NCBI GenBank assembly: GCA_963765145.1
Contig: CAVXVG010000027.1
Location: forward strand, 96,001 to 160,000
Direction of reading: 5' to 3'
DNA: 64,000 nt
Source of the DNA: Parachlamydiales bacterium
Lineage (GTDB): Bacteria > Chlamydiota > Chlamydiia > Chlamydiales > JAJFMK01
The position numbers were made by a program, and so were the translations under genes. The notes beneath the pieces are model-generated. The model made no database searches and was not told the origin of the DNA. It saw only the letters and a list, made by a program, of their open reading frames with translations. Numbering within the stretch: the stretch's first letter is position 1; every line of letters starts with the position of its first letter. Below, piece after piece: positions 1 through 9,694 of this stretch.

Positions 1-2231
1 TTCAGGAGAATATCTATCGCAGGATTAGTGAAGATGGCTTTTTGAGAAGAGTCTTCTAGAAGAAAGATCGGAATAGCATGAGGGGCGCAAAACCGTGCCA
101 CTTTAAGGATTTCGGCAGCCTCAGGGCTGATCTGGCGGATTTTTTCAAAAGTCAGCTTAAAGACATTTACTAACGGCCAATTTTGCTGAAGAGGGTTTTT
201 AGGTTGTTCAGAATCCTCTTTCAGAATTTGCAAATATTCTTTTGCTAAAATCTTAGTTTGATCTAAGTAGGAGGCGGCTACAGCTATTCCTAGGGGGAAA
301 CAAGCAAGTTGTGTAGCGATTTCACGAAGGTCGTGTTGATTGCCGCCTATTGACCCTAGTCCTAGGAGATAGAGAGCTTCCTCTTCTGTGAAGGATGCAA
401 CCGGACTTGAGAAAGAAGGGATGCCATCGATGTTGTTTTTGGATGTGATGATGAGTCTTCCCTTTTCTTTCGAGAAATGGGTTAGGAAATTGCTACTGCT
501 TGAAGCGTTATCAAGGATGAGGAGATACTTTTCTTTTGTTCGCCTTAGAAAAGAGGTCAGTCTTTTAGCAGCTTCATCATTTGTTATTCTTTCTTCGGGT
601 GATACGCATCCTAAAAGTTCGCCCAGCTCTCGAATACTCTGTTCCAGTTTGGAACCTTCCATCCAATAGACCCAATCATACTGGTCGGCGTGATCTTTAG
701 CATAAGAAGCTGCAAGAAGAGACTTGCCACTTCCTGGCAGACCCGAAAGGAGAAATCGGTTATTTCCGCTTGCTTCTGCTTTCTTAAACTCCTCTTCAAT
801 ATCGAACCCATCTCGTTTTACAAAAAGATCAGGGAGGGAAGGAATGCCGATGAGTCCCCTCATCTGAAAAATCCCCTTTGGAAGGGTGTGTTGGGCCCAA
901 ATAGCATGTTCTCTATACGAGGAAATATGGTATTCGCTCAACCATGCATCTTCTTCTAAATTTTTTCTCTCCAAAAGAAGTTTGATGGCCTTTTGTTGCA
1001 GCTCATCCTGAGATAGACTGGCAATCAGGGCGAGAGCCTCAAGAACAGCACCTCTCACTCGTAGGTTTTCTTTGTCTTGGATTGGTAGAGAGGGAATATG
1101 AGGGGCAATTTCTTTAGGAAAAACCGTCTCTTTTATTTTGGTGTTTAAGTCTGCCGCTCCTTTTAGGCTTAAATCGGCTATTTTAGCACCTACACGCGAA
1201 ACAACCCCTGCAGAAAACTTGTCGCAAGCACACATAGCTGAGATGGCTTCAAAAGCATTTTTGCGAATGTTCGGCTCTTTTGCGTAGAGAGCCACATCTG
1301 TTAACTGCTCAATCGCTCCAATCATAAATTCGACATCTGAAGATGACTTAAATTCAGTTATGCATTCTGAAAGATCTGCTTGAGACAGACCCTGCTTAAG
1401 AGAGTGTCCTCTAAAATTGAGGAGATCTGTATACCACGCAGAGCTAGCAAACCCTTGAGCCCCTTTAGTTGCCTGGGCATGGTTTGCAAGAGGGCCAAGC
1501 TTTGTTCCAAAGCTGAGTATGGTACTCTTTAGAAGGTTCCAATCCTGGTTATTTTCAGGAAGGTTCGAAATGCCAACCTGAGCAGCTTTTAAGGACCAGG
1601 CAGCTTGCTCTGCTAAAAGGCTCTTTCGTTCTTTAAGTAGCTCTATAGCTGCACTGAGTTTTTGAATCAGATCGTTTTTCCGCTCTTTCCTAAAGATCAC
1701 CCCTTTCTGGGACATGCTGAGCTGGAGGAAATCAACAGCTTTATGGAGAATTTTTGCTAGAAATCGGCAAGAGATAGGGTCGAACGTGCTGGCAAAGTCT
1801 TCAAAGTTTTCAGAGAGGTGCTTTATCTCCGTAAAAAGCCCTTGTACATCTTGCTTGCCAACGTGCTGTAGCATAAGACGATTTGAAAGAAGCGTTTTTC
1901 CCTTTTCGATTTCTAACTCTTCACTGTCGTGCTGACCACCCCCACAAAGTTTTGGTTCGATGGTGATGGCATTGAAGCTGTTAAAGCGTAGAAAACTTTT
2001 AGAGGGCTGAAGAAACTGTTGAACAAAAGAGATTTTTTCGGATGAGACACTTTTTTGGGGATAGATCGAAAGTCGTTTTAATTCCCCTTTAGGATTAGCA
2101 AGAAGTCCAATCAAATACCCTGTTCGATCGATGAAGATATTAATCACTCCCTCTTTTTGAGTACGGGTGGCAAGAAGATGATAGCCCAACCTATTCGAAA
2201 AGCTATTTAGATTCGCTTGAATGGAAGACAT
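1..2231 (-). CDS. NB-ARC/STAND P-loop NTPase protein, partial (runs off window start, >740 aa); not in ORF track
   Basis: Manual translation from ATG at 2231 (MSSIQANL...). Walker A GLPGSGKS (~720-743), Walker B KYLLILDN (~507-530), GRLIITSK and CFPLGI (GLPL-like) motifs are all in one frame. Confidence 0.85.
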   Translation of the reverse strand, partial: MSSIQANLNSFSNRLGYHLLATRTQKEGVINIFIDRTGYLIGLLANPKGELKRLSIYPQKSVSSEKISFVQQFLQPSKSFLRFNSFNAITIEPKLCGGGQHDSEELEIEKGKTLLSNRLMLQHVGKQDVQGLFTEIKHLSENFEDFASTFDPISCRFLAKILHKAVDFLQLSMSQKGVIFRKERKNDLIQKLSAAIELLKERKSLLAEQAAWSLKAAQVGISNLPENNQDWNLLKSTILSFGTKLGPLANHAQATKGAQGFASSAWYTDLLNFRGHSLKQGLSQADLSECITEFKSSSDVEFMIGAIEQLTDVALYAKEPNIRKNAFEAISAMCACDKFSAGVVSRVGAKIADLSLKGAADLNTKIKETVFPKEIAPHIPSLPIQDKENLRVRGAVLEALALIASLSQDELQQKAIKLLLERKNLEEDAWLSEYHISSYREHAIWAQHTLPKGIFQMRGLIGIPSLPDLFVKRDGFDIEEEFKKAEASGNNRFLLSGLPGSGKSLLAASYAKDHADQYDWVYWMEGSKLEQSIRELGELLGCVSPEERITNDEAAKRLTSFLRRTKEKYLLILDNASSSSNFLTHFSKEKGRLIITSKNNIDGIPSFSSPVASFTEEEALYLLGLGSIGGNQHDLREIATQLACFPLGIAVAASYLDQTKILAKEYLQILKEDSEQPKNPLQQNWPLVNVFKLTFEKIRQISPEAAEILKVARFCAPHAIPIFLLEDSSQKAIFTNPAIDILL

Positions 2232-2344
2232 GCCTACTCCTGTTGTATGAGTTGTCTATTAGAATTTCTGAGCACATTAGCCCCGGACTATAGAATAAAT
2301 ACTGTCTAATATATCTAACTATCGAGTTTTTTAGTATTTAAATA

Positions 2345-3097
2345 CTAACGTGAGTCGAAGATGTTTTCTAGCAGGTAATGATGGGCGGACCAGAGCAATT
2401 TGCGGAAAGATAACCGCTGTGGCTCTATCTTGGGAGGGGAAAAGGCGCCCTGCATAGCCTTGTCGATAAAGTCGCCTTTAAAGTAATAGGGCCAACGGTC
2501 GCGAAAACCGATCTTTGTTTTAGGCAAAGGATGCCAAAGTTCTACTCCTGATGTTACTTGTGGAGGATTGGGCCCATTCCACATCACATCGAAAAACTCT
2601 CCTTTCCCTTGTGCATCATGGTTGGCGAAATAGTGGGGATGGGGCAAAAGCAACAGCTCTTCTCTTGAAGCTCTTTTTCCAAAAAAAGAGCGAGTGTGGA
2701 GGATCCACACCACTTGCCACCCGATTTTCTTGTAATCCTCGATACGACCGACCATTTCTTCAAAAGAAAGAGGTGACACCTGAATTTCAAAGACAATTTT
2801 GTACCGATACCAAGCCACATCGGCGATCCTTTGGATCATCGTAAACCGTTCTTCCAGAAATGCTTCTTGTGCCGGAAGGCTATTTTGCAGCTCGATTTGC
2901 AAATTAAGATGTGTTTCGCTTTTTTGTGCAAGATGGCAAGATGAGAGATCTTGAAGGTGATAGAAATGGTCTCTCACCCAGTCGCCACCTCGCCTTCTCA
3001 CGATCGCTTGACAGGCGATGCACCGATAATTTTTTTTCTTATCGGCCAGATGAGCATGTACAACTTGACCTGTAGGGTCTAAAGCGAGGGCTTGCAT
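2345..3097 (-). CDS. Competence protein CoiA family nuclease
   Basis: CxxC...HFYH zinc motif, SETH, QRIADV and FEIQVSPLS (PD-(D/E)XK-like) pattern typical of CoiA. Confidence 0.8.
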   Translation of the reverse strand: MQALALDPTGQVVHAHLADKKKNYRCIACQAIVRRRGGDWVRDHFYHLQDLSSCHLAQKSETHLNLQIELQNSLPAQEAFLEERFTMIQRIADVAWYRYKIVFEIQVSPLSFEEMVGRIEDYKKIGWQVVWILHTRSFFGKRASREELLLLPHPHYFANHDAQGKGEFFDVMWNGPNPPQVTSGVELWHPLPKTKIGFRDRWPYYFKGDFIDKAMQGAFSPPKIEPQRLSFRKLLWSAHHYLLENIFDSR

Positions 3098-4724
3098 GAG
3101 TGGAATGTTACCTGTTTCTTGGCTATTCGAAGTTAGAGGATATCCCTTTTCTTTCTATTGTCAGACATTAGATCTTTTACGTCCTTTGAATGGAGCAATT
3201 GATACCCTGTTTCAAGAGGCTTTGATCCATGCTCAAAATAGAGCCGAAGCTTATACAACCTATCTGACATTCGCGATGGCAAATCGCGACTATCCAGATA
3301 GTCACCTTCCTCTGACAAGAAGGAAGATTTGTATCTTTTTTGCAACCAATCCCGATCCCACTTTAGACAATGTCATCCATGTGTTTGAGTGTGAATTTGC
3401 TGCGCAGCAAACAATGCCTGCGTGGGCTATGAAGCAGTTTGTGGAGAGAAAAAGAGGGCCTGAAGTTCTAGATGTTTTAAAGACTTTTGCCACAAACATG
3501 ATCGTCAAACCCTTGTGTCCAGCGCCTCTCAAGAATATGTGGGGAGCTTCGAAGTTTGTAGTGATCGGCCTATGCGGTGGGACGGAAGCAAAGCTCATCG
3601 AGCTCTATTCTTGGTGGAATTGCCTGAGTGGCGGAAGGTTGTTATCTCTCACACAAGGAGATTTGGATCTGAATTTTCAAGCATTGCGCCTTGATGCCTA
3701 CAGTCGACGTGAGGTCGCTTTAGGCGACACTGTGTATAAAATTACCAGAATATTGGGGTCGGAAAAAGCTGAGGGAAGAAAATTTCTTACTTGCAAAGCT
3801 ATTTCTAAGGATAGTCAAAAGCCTGTTGTATTACGGTTTGGCGCACACCCTAGCTCTTGCCCCCTTGTTCAAGATCCTCAAATGGCTCTAAGATATGCGC
3901 AAGAACTAGATAGAGAGGGTGACTATGACTGGCCATATCCTCCTATTCTTGCAAATCAGATCATAGATGGGGTGTCAATCTCTGATTTTCTTTTCGTCTT
4001 AAATTTTGAAAAATGGAAAAACAAGCCTCTCACTTTTTCCCAAGAGGCTTTGGTCAGAAAGGTTGGAAGATTGTTGGTAAGATGCAGAGACCATAGGAAA
4101 ATACCAAGAAGCTCAGAAGAGTTTAAAAAATTGGGAGTCAAGCCAAGTGGAGAGGACGGAGTAAAATTTTTGCAGACAGCTCCTATTGCCATGCGTCTAT
4201 TTACGTGGGAAAGATGTGAAGAAATGAAGCGGCTCCTTTCGGGTGAAGGGATTACTCTTTTTCAATTGATGAGCGAAGAGTTAAAAGTAGATGAAGAAGC
4301 TAACTGGGAACTTTCTAGAAGAGTCAGAGAGATTAGAGCTGCATTGATCGACACAGGAGCGCTTCCTAAATTGCGTGAAGATGACCAAGAGAATTACATC
4401 GATCAACGGAATAAGATATCGGCCGTCATGGGGCATCTGACAGCAAAAGGATACAATTCAGGGGTTGTCGGAAAGCTCATTGGACATTGGCTGCAGTACA
4501 CAAATGTAACCCTTATTGAAGCTTGGAACCGTTTAGAAAGCGATATTGAGGGTTTACTGATCGCCCAGGAACAACACGATTATGAGCTACCACATGACCT
4601 GTATCCCCTTCTTCACCAAATAAAAGTTGTACAGGGGAAAGCATTTGAGCCTCCTCTTGCTAGCCCCTCCAAATATTTAGGCGACCTTGTAAATAGCCTT
4701 GGTCGTCTTTTTAAAGAGGAGTAG
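3096..4724 (+). CDS. Hypothetical protein, 542 aa (possible effector)
   Basis: Long uninterrupted ORF with no confidently recognised family; start uncertain. Confidence 0.7.
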   Translation: MSGMLPVSWLFEVRGYPFSFYCQTLDLLRPLNGAIDTLFQEALIHAQNRAEAYTTYLTFAMANRDYPDSHLPLTRRKICIFFATNPDPTLDNVIHVFECEFAAQQTMPAWAMKQFVERKRGPEVLDVLKTFATNMIVKPLCPAPLKNMWGASKFVVIGLCGGTEAKLIELYSWWNCLSGGRLLSLTQGDLDLNFQALRLDAYSRREVALGDTVYKITRILGSEKAEGRKFLTCKAISKDSQKPVVLRFGAHPSSCPLVQDPQMALRYAQELDREGDYDWPYPPILANQIIDGVSISDFLFVLNFEKWKNKPLTFSQEALVRKVGRLLVRCRDHRKIPRSSEEFKKLGVKPSGEDGVKFLQTAPIAMRLFTWERCEEMKRLLSGEGITLFQLMSEELKVDEEANWELSRRVREIRAALIDTGALPKLREDDQENYIDQRNKISAVMGHLTAKGYNSGVVGKLIGHWLQYTNVTLIEAWNRLESDIEGLLIAQEQHDYELPHDLYPLLHQIKVVQGKAFEPPLASPSKYLGDLVNSLGRLFKEE

Positions 4725-4745
4725 GTTGGCCTCAATTGTGAATTT

Positions 4746-4857
4746 TTTAAACCACAGAGAACACAGAGAGCACAGAGAAAATTTCTAAAATAATAAAGAC
4801 AAAAAGAAAGAGTGGGCTTTCCTTGGCGAACCTCCTCTGTGTTCTCTGTGGTTAAAT
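4746..4857. repeat. Palindromic repeat family A (CACAGAG-unit arms)
   Basis: aaccacagagaacacagag ... ctctgtgttctctgtggtt inverted arms between convergent genes. Confidence 0.85.
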
Positions 4858-4868
4858 TACTAGAGTTC

Positions 4869-5960
4869 TTATCTACGTTTGTGGGTTTGGTCTAGATCGT
4901 CCAATAGATCCAAATAGGAATCGTAGCGGAGAGGAGAAATTTTGCCCTTTTCAACCGCCTTTTTAACGGCACATCCTTCTTCTGATCTGTGAGTACAGTC
5001 TGAAAAACGACATTTTTTGGAAAGTGTTTCCCATTCCGGAAACCCTTTTTTGATCCCTTCCTTATTGATTTTAAAAAGACCAAAGCTTCGAATGCCGGGA
5101 GTGTCAATGGTATGCCCCCCTTTGTTTAATGGAATCAGTTTAGGTGAGGTGGTAGTGTGAGCCCCTTTTTGGGTTTTAAATACCACGTCTCCTATCATCA
5201 ATTCGATCCCGGTGAGGTGATAGAGCAAAGAGGATTTTCCAACTCCGGAGGGGCCTGAAAAAACAGAGATCTTCCCTTTCAATGCCTCTTCTAATGCAGG
5301 TATTCCAACACCAGTTTCTGAACTGACTAAAAAGAGGGGGACATTAGCCTGTGCATAGGCTTTTTCAACCTCTTCGAGCAGCTCTTTTTGTTCAGGATAA
5401 CTTTCGAGTAGATCGATTTTATTGACCACGATGATCGCTTTTAGGTTGCCATCTCTTGCCGCAATGAGATAACGGTCGATGATTGAGGCCTTAAGAGGGG
5501 GTACCCCTATCGAAACAGTGATAACGACCAGGTCGATGTTGGAAGCGATGATCTGTTTTTTTCGACGGGTTAAATTGTCTTGCCGGACGAGTTCAGAAGT
5601 TCGGGGGTAGACGGCTGCAATGACCCCTTCGTTGTCATTTTTAGGGGTCCATTGCACTTTATCCCCAATGGCCACAAGTGTTTTGTCGTCGTGCCACTCT
5701 TCTTTTAAAGAGCCGCGGATATTGCATAGCAAAATGCCAGAATCTGTTTCGACAAAGTAGCCTCGGGATGAAATTTCGACGACAATGCCGGTTTTTGCCC
5801 CTTCTTCGGATTCTGGCAACAGATGTTCTTTAGCATGTTTTTTTTGATCACTTTTTTTGTATTTAGAGCGGTCAGTAGCCTCTTTTCGTTTCCGTTTGTC
5901 TTTCGACTCCCGGTTCTCATCTTTGTAAAACGCATCTTCTATATCAAACGGATCAATCAT
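4869..5960 (-). CDS. rsgA: Ribosome small subunit-dependent GTPase A
   Basis: NKID, GPSGVGKSS, GAHTTT, DTPGIR and CRFSDCTH..GC zinc finger. Confidence 0.95.
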   Translation of the reverse strand: MIDPFDIEDAFYKDENRESKDKRKRKEATDRSKYKKSDQKKHAKEHLLPESEEGAKTGIVVEISSRGYFVETDSGILLCNIRGSLKEEWHDDKTLVAIGDKVQWTPKNDNEGVIAAVYPRTSELVRQDNLTRRKKQIIASNIDLVVITVSIGVPPLKASIIDRYLIAARDGNLKAIIVVNKIDLLESYPEQKELLEEVEKAYAQANVPLFLVSSETGVGIPALEEALKGKISVFSGPSGVGKSSLLYHLTGIELMIGDVVFKTQKGAHTTTSPKLIPLNKGGHTIDTPGIRSFGLFKINKEGIKKGFPEWETLSKKCRFSDCTHRSEEGCAVKKAVEKGKISPLRYDSYLDLLDDLDQTHKRR

Positions 5961-6003
5961 AAGAATGATTATACATTATTCCCCGCATCTTTTAAACCTT
6001 GTC

Positions 6004-6262
6004 CGAAAAAAACCACAGAGTCAGTGAGATCACAGAGAAAATTTGAGAACATAGAGAGCGATTCTTTTGGTAAAGAAAGTTGAATTAAAATTTTCTCCCC
6101 GTCTCTGCGCCTCTGCGTTGATAATTCAGTTGGCTTTCACCAGAGCATGTTTCTAGTAAAAACTAATTAAAATTTAAACGCAGAGAAGTTTAAGGTTGCC
6201 GATACAACCCGCCTCAATGTCCTCATTTTTCCTCTGTGATCTCACTGGCTCAGTGGTTTTTT
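6004..6262. repeat. Palindromic repeat family A, composite copy
   Basis: aaccacagagtcagtgagatcacagag ... ctctgtgatctcactggctcagtggtt arms with an internal ctctgcg/cgcagag module. Confidence 0.85.
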
Positions 6263-6288
6263 TGTGAAAGGCAGGGATTTTTTTGAGG

Positions 6289-6999
6289 TTAGAGGATTCC
6301 TTTGAGTTTGGCCATGAGGAGAGAGCCGGCGACGGCAACGTTGAGGGACTCGACTTGGTCGCTGATGGGGATCGTGAGTGGAAGGGTCTGATCTTTGAAA
6401 ATAGACGAAATCCCCTGCCCTTCATTTCCTAAAATCAGGATGGCGCCGGAAGGGGCCTGCTCAGGGAAACTGCCGTTTAAATCGCCCGCATAGATAGGTA
6501 AGGAGTGCTTTCGTTGAAACGAAAGAAGATCTTGGGCTGTTCCTTCTCGATAGGGGATAAAAAGGGCCGACCCTTTTGTGGCGCGCAGCACCTTATCGTT
6601 AAAAAGATCGACTCCTCCTGAAATTAGAAAAAGCCCTTCAAAACCAAAGGCAAGGGCGGTTCGGACTAACGTTCCCATATTGCCCGGATCTTGTATCCTA
6701 TCTAGTGCTAAAATCCAGCGGCAGCTATCTAACGTTGAGGCAGCCGGCATCGCTGTAGTGGCTATCCAGCCGTCTGGTGTCACGTTGCCTGAAATTTTTT
6801 CAATGACCTCTTGCGTGACGTGAAACGTCTCCTTGGATTTAACGTGGGGGTGTTCTTCAGTTGTTAATAAGTGTACTAATGGACGCTTATTGGCAATCTC
6901 TACGATCGCTTTTTTCCCCTCTATTAAACAAAGACCCATTTCGTGCCGCTTTTTCTTGTTTTCTCGCAGCTCGGCTAATTCATTAAAAAACGCTTTCAT
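6289..6999 (-). CDS. TrmH/SpoU family RNA methyltransferase
   Basis: IQDPGNMGTLVRTA, GNEGQGIS and ESLNVAVAG SPOUT motifs. Confidence 0.92.
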   Translation of the reverse strand: MKAFFNELAELRENKKKRHEMGLCLIEGKKAIVEIANKRPLVHLLTTEEHPHVKSKETFHVTQEVIEKISGNVTPDGWIATTAMPAASTLDSCRWILALDRIQDPGNMGTLVRTALAFGFEGLFLISGGVDLFNDKVLRATKGSALFIPYREGTAQDLLSFQRKHSLPIYAGDLNGSFPEQAPSGAILILGNEGQGISSIFKDQTLPLTIPISDQVESLNVAVAGSLLMAKLKGIL

Positions 7000-8186
7000 G
7001 GCACCTTCCAAACGGGATCTTTCTTGAGATATTCGATAATCGCATCTTCGGTAGTAAGGCGTTGTCGAATAGCAGCCTCCTCCCCTTTTTGGATCAGCAA
7101 GCCCATAGTTTTTCCAGGTTTTATCCCTTCTTGCATCAACCGTTGAGAGGATAGAATAAATTTTTTCTCCCGCTTCCTTTTGATGGCCTCGTTATACTTT
7201 TCAAAGATGCTTTTTAGGCCTTGTTCGCGTTCCGGATAAACGGTGATAAACCCTTCTAGAATAGCTTTAGAGCGGTGGTGAGCAAAGAGATCGACAAAGG
7301 CAACCGGATCGACCGGATCTGACTTCAATAAGGGAATTGCCTGTATCGTATGGTGATAGTCGTCTAGCACTTCATTCGATACCCGCATATCTTTTAGCAT
7401 CTGATGTAGTGAGAGTGATTCAAAAGTTAAGGCAAATCGTATCGCTAAAGGAATCCACAAAGGGAAAAGATTCAACTGATGAGCCGGCTTTTCTAAAGAG
7501 ACATCAGCTAACGGTGGCATGATCTGTTTTAACAGCTGCACTTTGTGTAGGAGGAGAAGCGCAGCCCCTAGCCCCTTTCTTTCTCCCATTTTCACCCATT
7601 CATCCCAGACCCGTTCTTTGGCGACAGATGGAAATAGGCTATGACTCAAGTTTTTAATCGCATCTTCGGTCTCCTGCGCAAGGGGCCAGTCAAACCGGGC
7701 TGAAAAACGGACAGCTCGTATCATCCTTAGACGATCCTCTTGAAAACGCTCTTCTGCTTTTCCGATCGCTTTGATCACCCCTTTTTTGATGTCTTGCTGC
7801 CCCCCGACAAAGTCGATAATTTCTTGCTCGATCGGATCGTAAAAGAGGCCATTAACCGTAAAATCGCGTCGTTGGGCATCCTCTAAGGCAGTTCCCTTTT
7901 CGATAGTGCTTGGATGGCGTCCATCGATGTAAAGGCCATCCTTTCGGAAAGAGGCCACTTCAAAGGGATGCCCTCCCTCAATGACGATGACCACGCCAAA
8001 TGCTTTGCCCACCGGGACAGTTTTAGGAAAAAGGGAGATCACCTCGTCAGGGCTTGCACTGGTGGAGATATCAACATCGCTAGAAGCGTGGCCCAAAATA
8101 AAATCCCGCACCCAACCGCCGGCAAAAAAAGCCTCATATCCTGCTTTTTTAAGCTGTTTAACTACACTGATCGCAAACTCTTCCAT
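6996..8186 (-). CDS. CCA tRNA nucleotidyltransferase / poly(A) polymerase family
   Basis: GGWVRD, DVDI, RRDFTVN and EDRLRMIRAVRF motifs. Confidence 0.93.
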   Translation of the reverse strand: MEEFAISVVKQLKKAGYEAFFAGGWVRDFILGHASSDVDISTSASPDEVISLFPKTVPVGKAFGVVIVIEGGHPFEVASFRKDGLYIDGRHPSTIEKGTALEDAQRRDFTVNGLFYDPIEQEIIDFVGGQQDIKKGVIKAIGKAEERFQEDRLRMIRAVRFSARFDWPLAQETEDAIKNLSHSLFPSVAKERVWDEWVKMGERKGLGAALLLLHKVQLLKQIMPPLADVSLEKPAHQLNLFPLWIPLAIRFALTFESLSLHQMLKDMRVSNEVLDDYHHTIQAIPLLKSDPVDPVAFVDLFAHHRSKAILEGFITVYPEREQGLKSIFEKYNEAIKRKREKKFILSSQRLMQEGIKPGKTMGLLIQKGEEAAIRQRLTTEDAIIEYLKKDPVWKVP

Positions 8187-8280
8187 CAGTATAAAATTAC
8201 CTGATTAGACAAATATTTAATACTAGACTAATGTCCAACCTTAAGAGGAGATGGGGACTTTACTGTCCCCTTAAAAAATT

Positions 8281-8796
8281 ATGGATTTAAAAAAATTTAA
8301 AACGCTTGCGTTAGTAGCTGTTGCTGCTGGCCTTGCTACTCAGCCAGTTAATGCAACTGGAGAACAAACTGTAGCCGAAGACAACTACTATGTCCGTAGC
8401 TGCGGCGGCGACAAAAGCTGTGGTGGTGGTTATTCAAAACCTTATAACCAAACCAATCCAGCGCCTGTTGCAATGGATGAAGATAATGCCAAAATGACAC
8501 CTCCTGGCCAAGCTCCGGCTCCAACAAAAAATGGAATGCAGCCAGCTCCAGTTCAAGGACAAAAACCGGGATCAACGACTTCTAACTCTCGCTATTACCA
8601 AAAAAGAGATAGAGATGTAGCTGACAATGCCCCTAATTTTTCTCCTTCTAACGGCCTTCTTCCAAATCAACAAAAAGGGACCGGCACCAATACATCAAAG
8701 ACTGGTACAGGCACAACAAACAGCGGCACCTCTTCTTCATCCTCAACTTCAGGATATGGTTCAGGTTCTTCTTCATCAATGAACTCTGGCAGATAA
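8281..8796 (+). CDS. Putative secreted RiPP precursor peptide (SCGG x2) for the adjacent MNIO
   Basis: Sec-type signal peptide, only two Cys (RSCGGDKSCGGG), low-complexity tail; directly upstream of DUF692 and DUF2063 genes. Confidence 0.7.
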   Translation: MDLKKFKTLALVAVAAGLATQPVNATGEQTVAEDNYYVRSCGGDKSCGGGYSKPYNQTNPAPVAMDEDNAKMTPPGQAPAPTKNGMQPAPVQGQKPGSTTSNSRYYQKRDRDVADNAPNFSPSNGLLPNQQKGTGTNTSKTGTGTTNSGTSSSSSTSGYGSGSSSSMNSGR

Positions 8797-8805
8797 GCTG
8801 CAGAT

Positions 8806-8844
8806 ACCTTAAGGTGTGATTTTTCACACCTTAAGGTTTTTTTT
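8806..8844 (+). terminator. Intra-operon hairpin / intrinsic terminator between precursor and MNIO genes
   Basis: accttaaggtgtga-ttt(t)-tcacaccttaaggt perfect 14 bp stem followed by a T run. Confidence 0.7.
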
Positions 8845-8848
8845 CGTT

Positions 8849-9694
8849 ATGTCTTCCTTTCCCCGCTTTGGCATTGGTCTTGGCTTTCGGATGGTCCATT
8901 TCGAGACGATTCGACAAGAAAAGCCGTCCATCGATTGGTTCGAACTTATTTCTGAACATTTTTTACTCAAAAGCAAACGTTCTCAAACAGCCCTCGATTT
9001 TTTAAAAGCCCATTATCCCCTCGTCTTGCATGGAGTTTCTCTTGCGATTGGAAGCAGTGAGCCCCTTGATTTTGAATACCTTAAAAAGGTGAAGGCACTT
9101 GCTCGCGAAGTCAAAGCCCCTTGGGTTTCAGATCATCTTTCATGGGGAAGGCTAAAAAAGGCTCATTTCCATGATCTTCTTCCGTTGCCTCACACACCGG
9201 AGGTTGTCGAATTTGTGTCGGAGCGTGCGCGCATTGTGCAAGATTTTCTAGAAGTGCCCTTTGCATTAGAAAATCTTTCTTCCTACTTACCTATCAAAGA
9301 ACACCAGATGCCTGAATGGGAATTTTACAGGCAGATTGTAGAAAAAAGCGGCACCTACATGATGCTTGATGTGAATAACATCTACGTTTCGTCCAAAAAT
9401 TTGGGCTTTTCTGCAGACACATATATTGATTCGCTGCCCCTTGAAAAAGTACTCCAGATCCATCTGGCAGGTTATAAAGATATGGGAGACTATTTATTCG
9501 ATAGTCACGACCACCCTGTTTCCAACCCTGTTTGGGAGTTGTACCGAAAGGTATGGCCAAGAACCGGCGGAGCCTCCACTCTTTTAGAATGGGATGAACA
9601 TATCCCCCCTTTTTACGAACTGTGGGCCGAAGCAAAAAAAGCCAAACACTTTCAAGAGGAGCTTCTTCATGCACCCACCCTCGTCCCTTGTTAG
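8849..9694 (+). CDS. DUF692 family multinuclear non-heme iron oxidative enzyme (MNIO; MbnB/HvfB/BufB-like)
   Basis: GIGLGFR, HGVSLAIG, SDHL, LENL, LDVNNIYV, IHLAG, DSH and LLEWD motifs; start placed at ATG 8849. Confidence 0.93.
   Translation: MSSFPRFGIGLGFRMVHFETIRQEKPSIDWFELISEHFLLKSKRSQTALDFLKAHYPLVLHGVSLAIGSSEPLDFEYLKKVKALAREVKAPWVSDHLSWGRLKKAHFHDLLPLPHTPEVVEFVSERARIVQDFLEVPFALENLSSYLPIKEHQMPEWEFYRQIVEKSGTYMMLDVNNIYVSSKNLGFSADTYIDSLPLEKVLQIHLAGYKDMGDYLFDSHDHPVSNPVWELYRKVWPRTGGASTLLEWDEHIPPFYELWAEAKKAKHFQEELLHAPTLVPC

Noticed and set aside
388..1935. Small + strand ORFs 388-669, 690-959 and 1714-1935, and - strand 611-811
   Set aside because: They are shadows of the long NB-ARC ORF on the minus strand.
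8251..8274. Tiny uORF (MGTLLSP) and hairpin ahead of the RiPP precursor
   Set aside because: The GAGGAG sequence abuts the ATG with no spacer; too weak to call a leader peptide.
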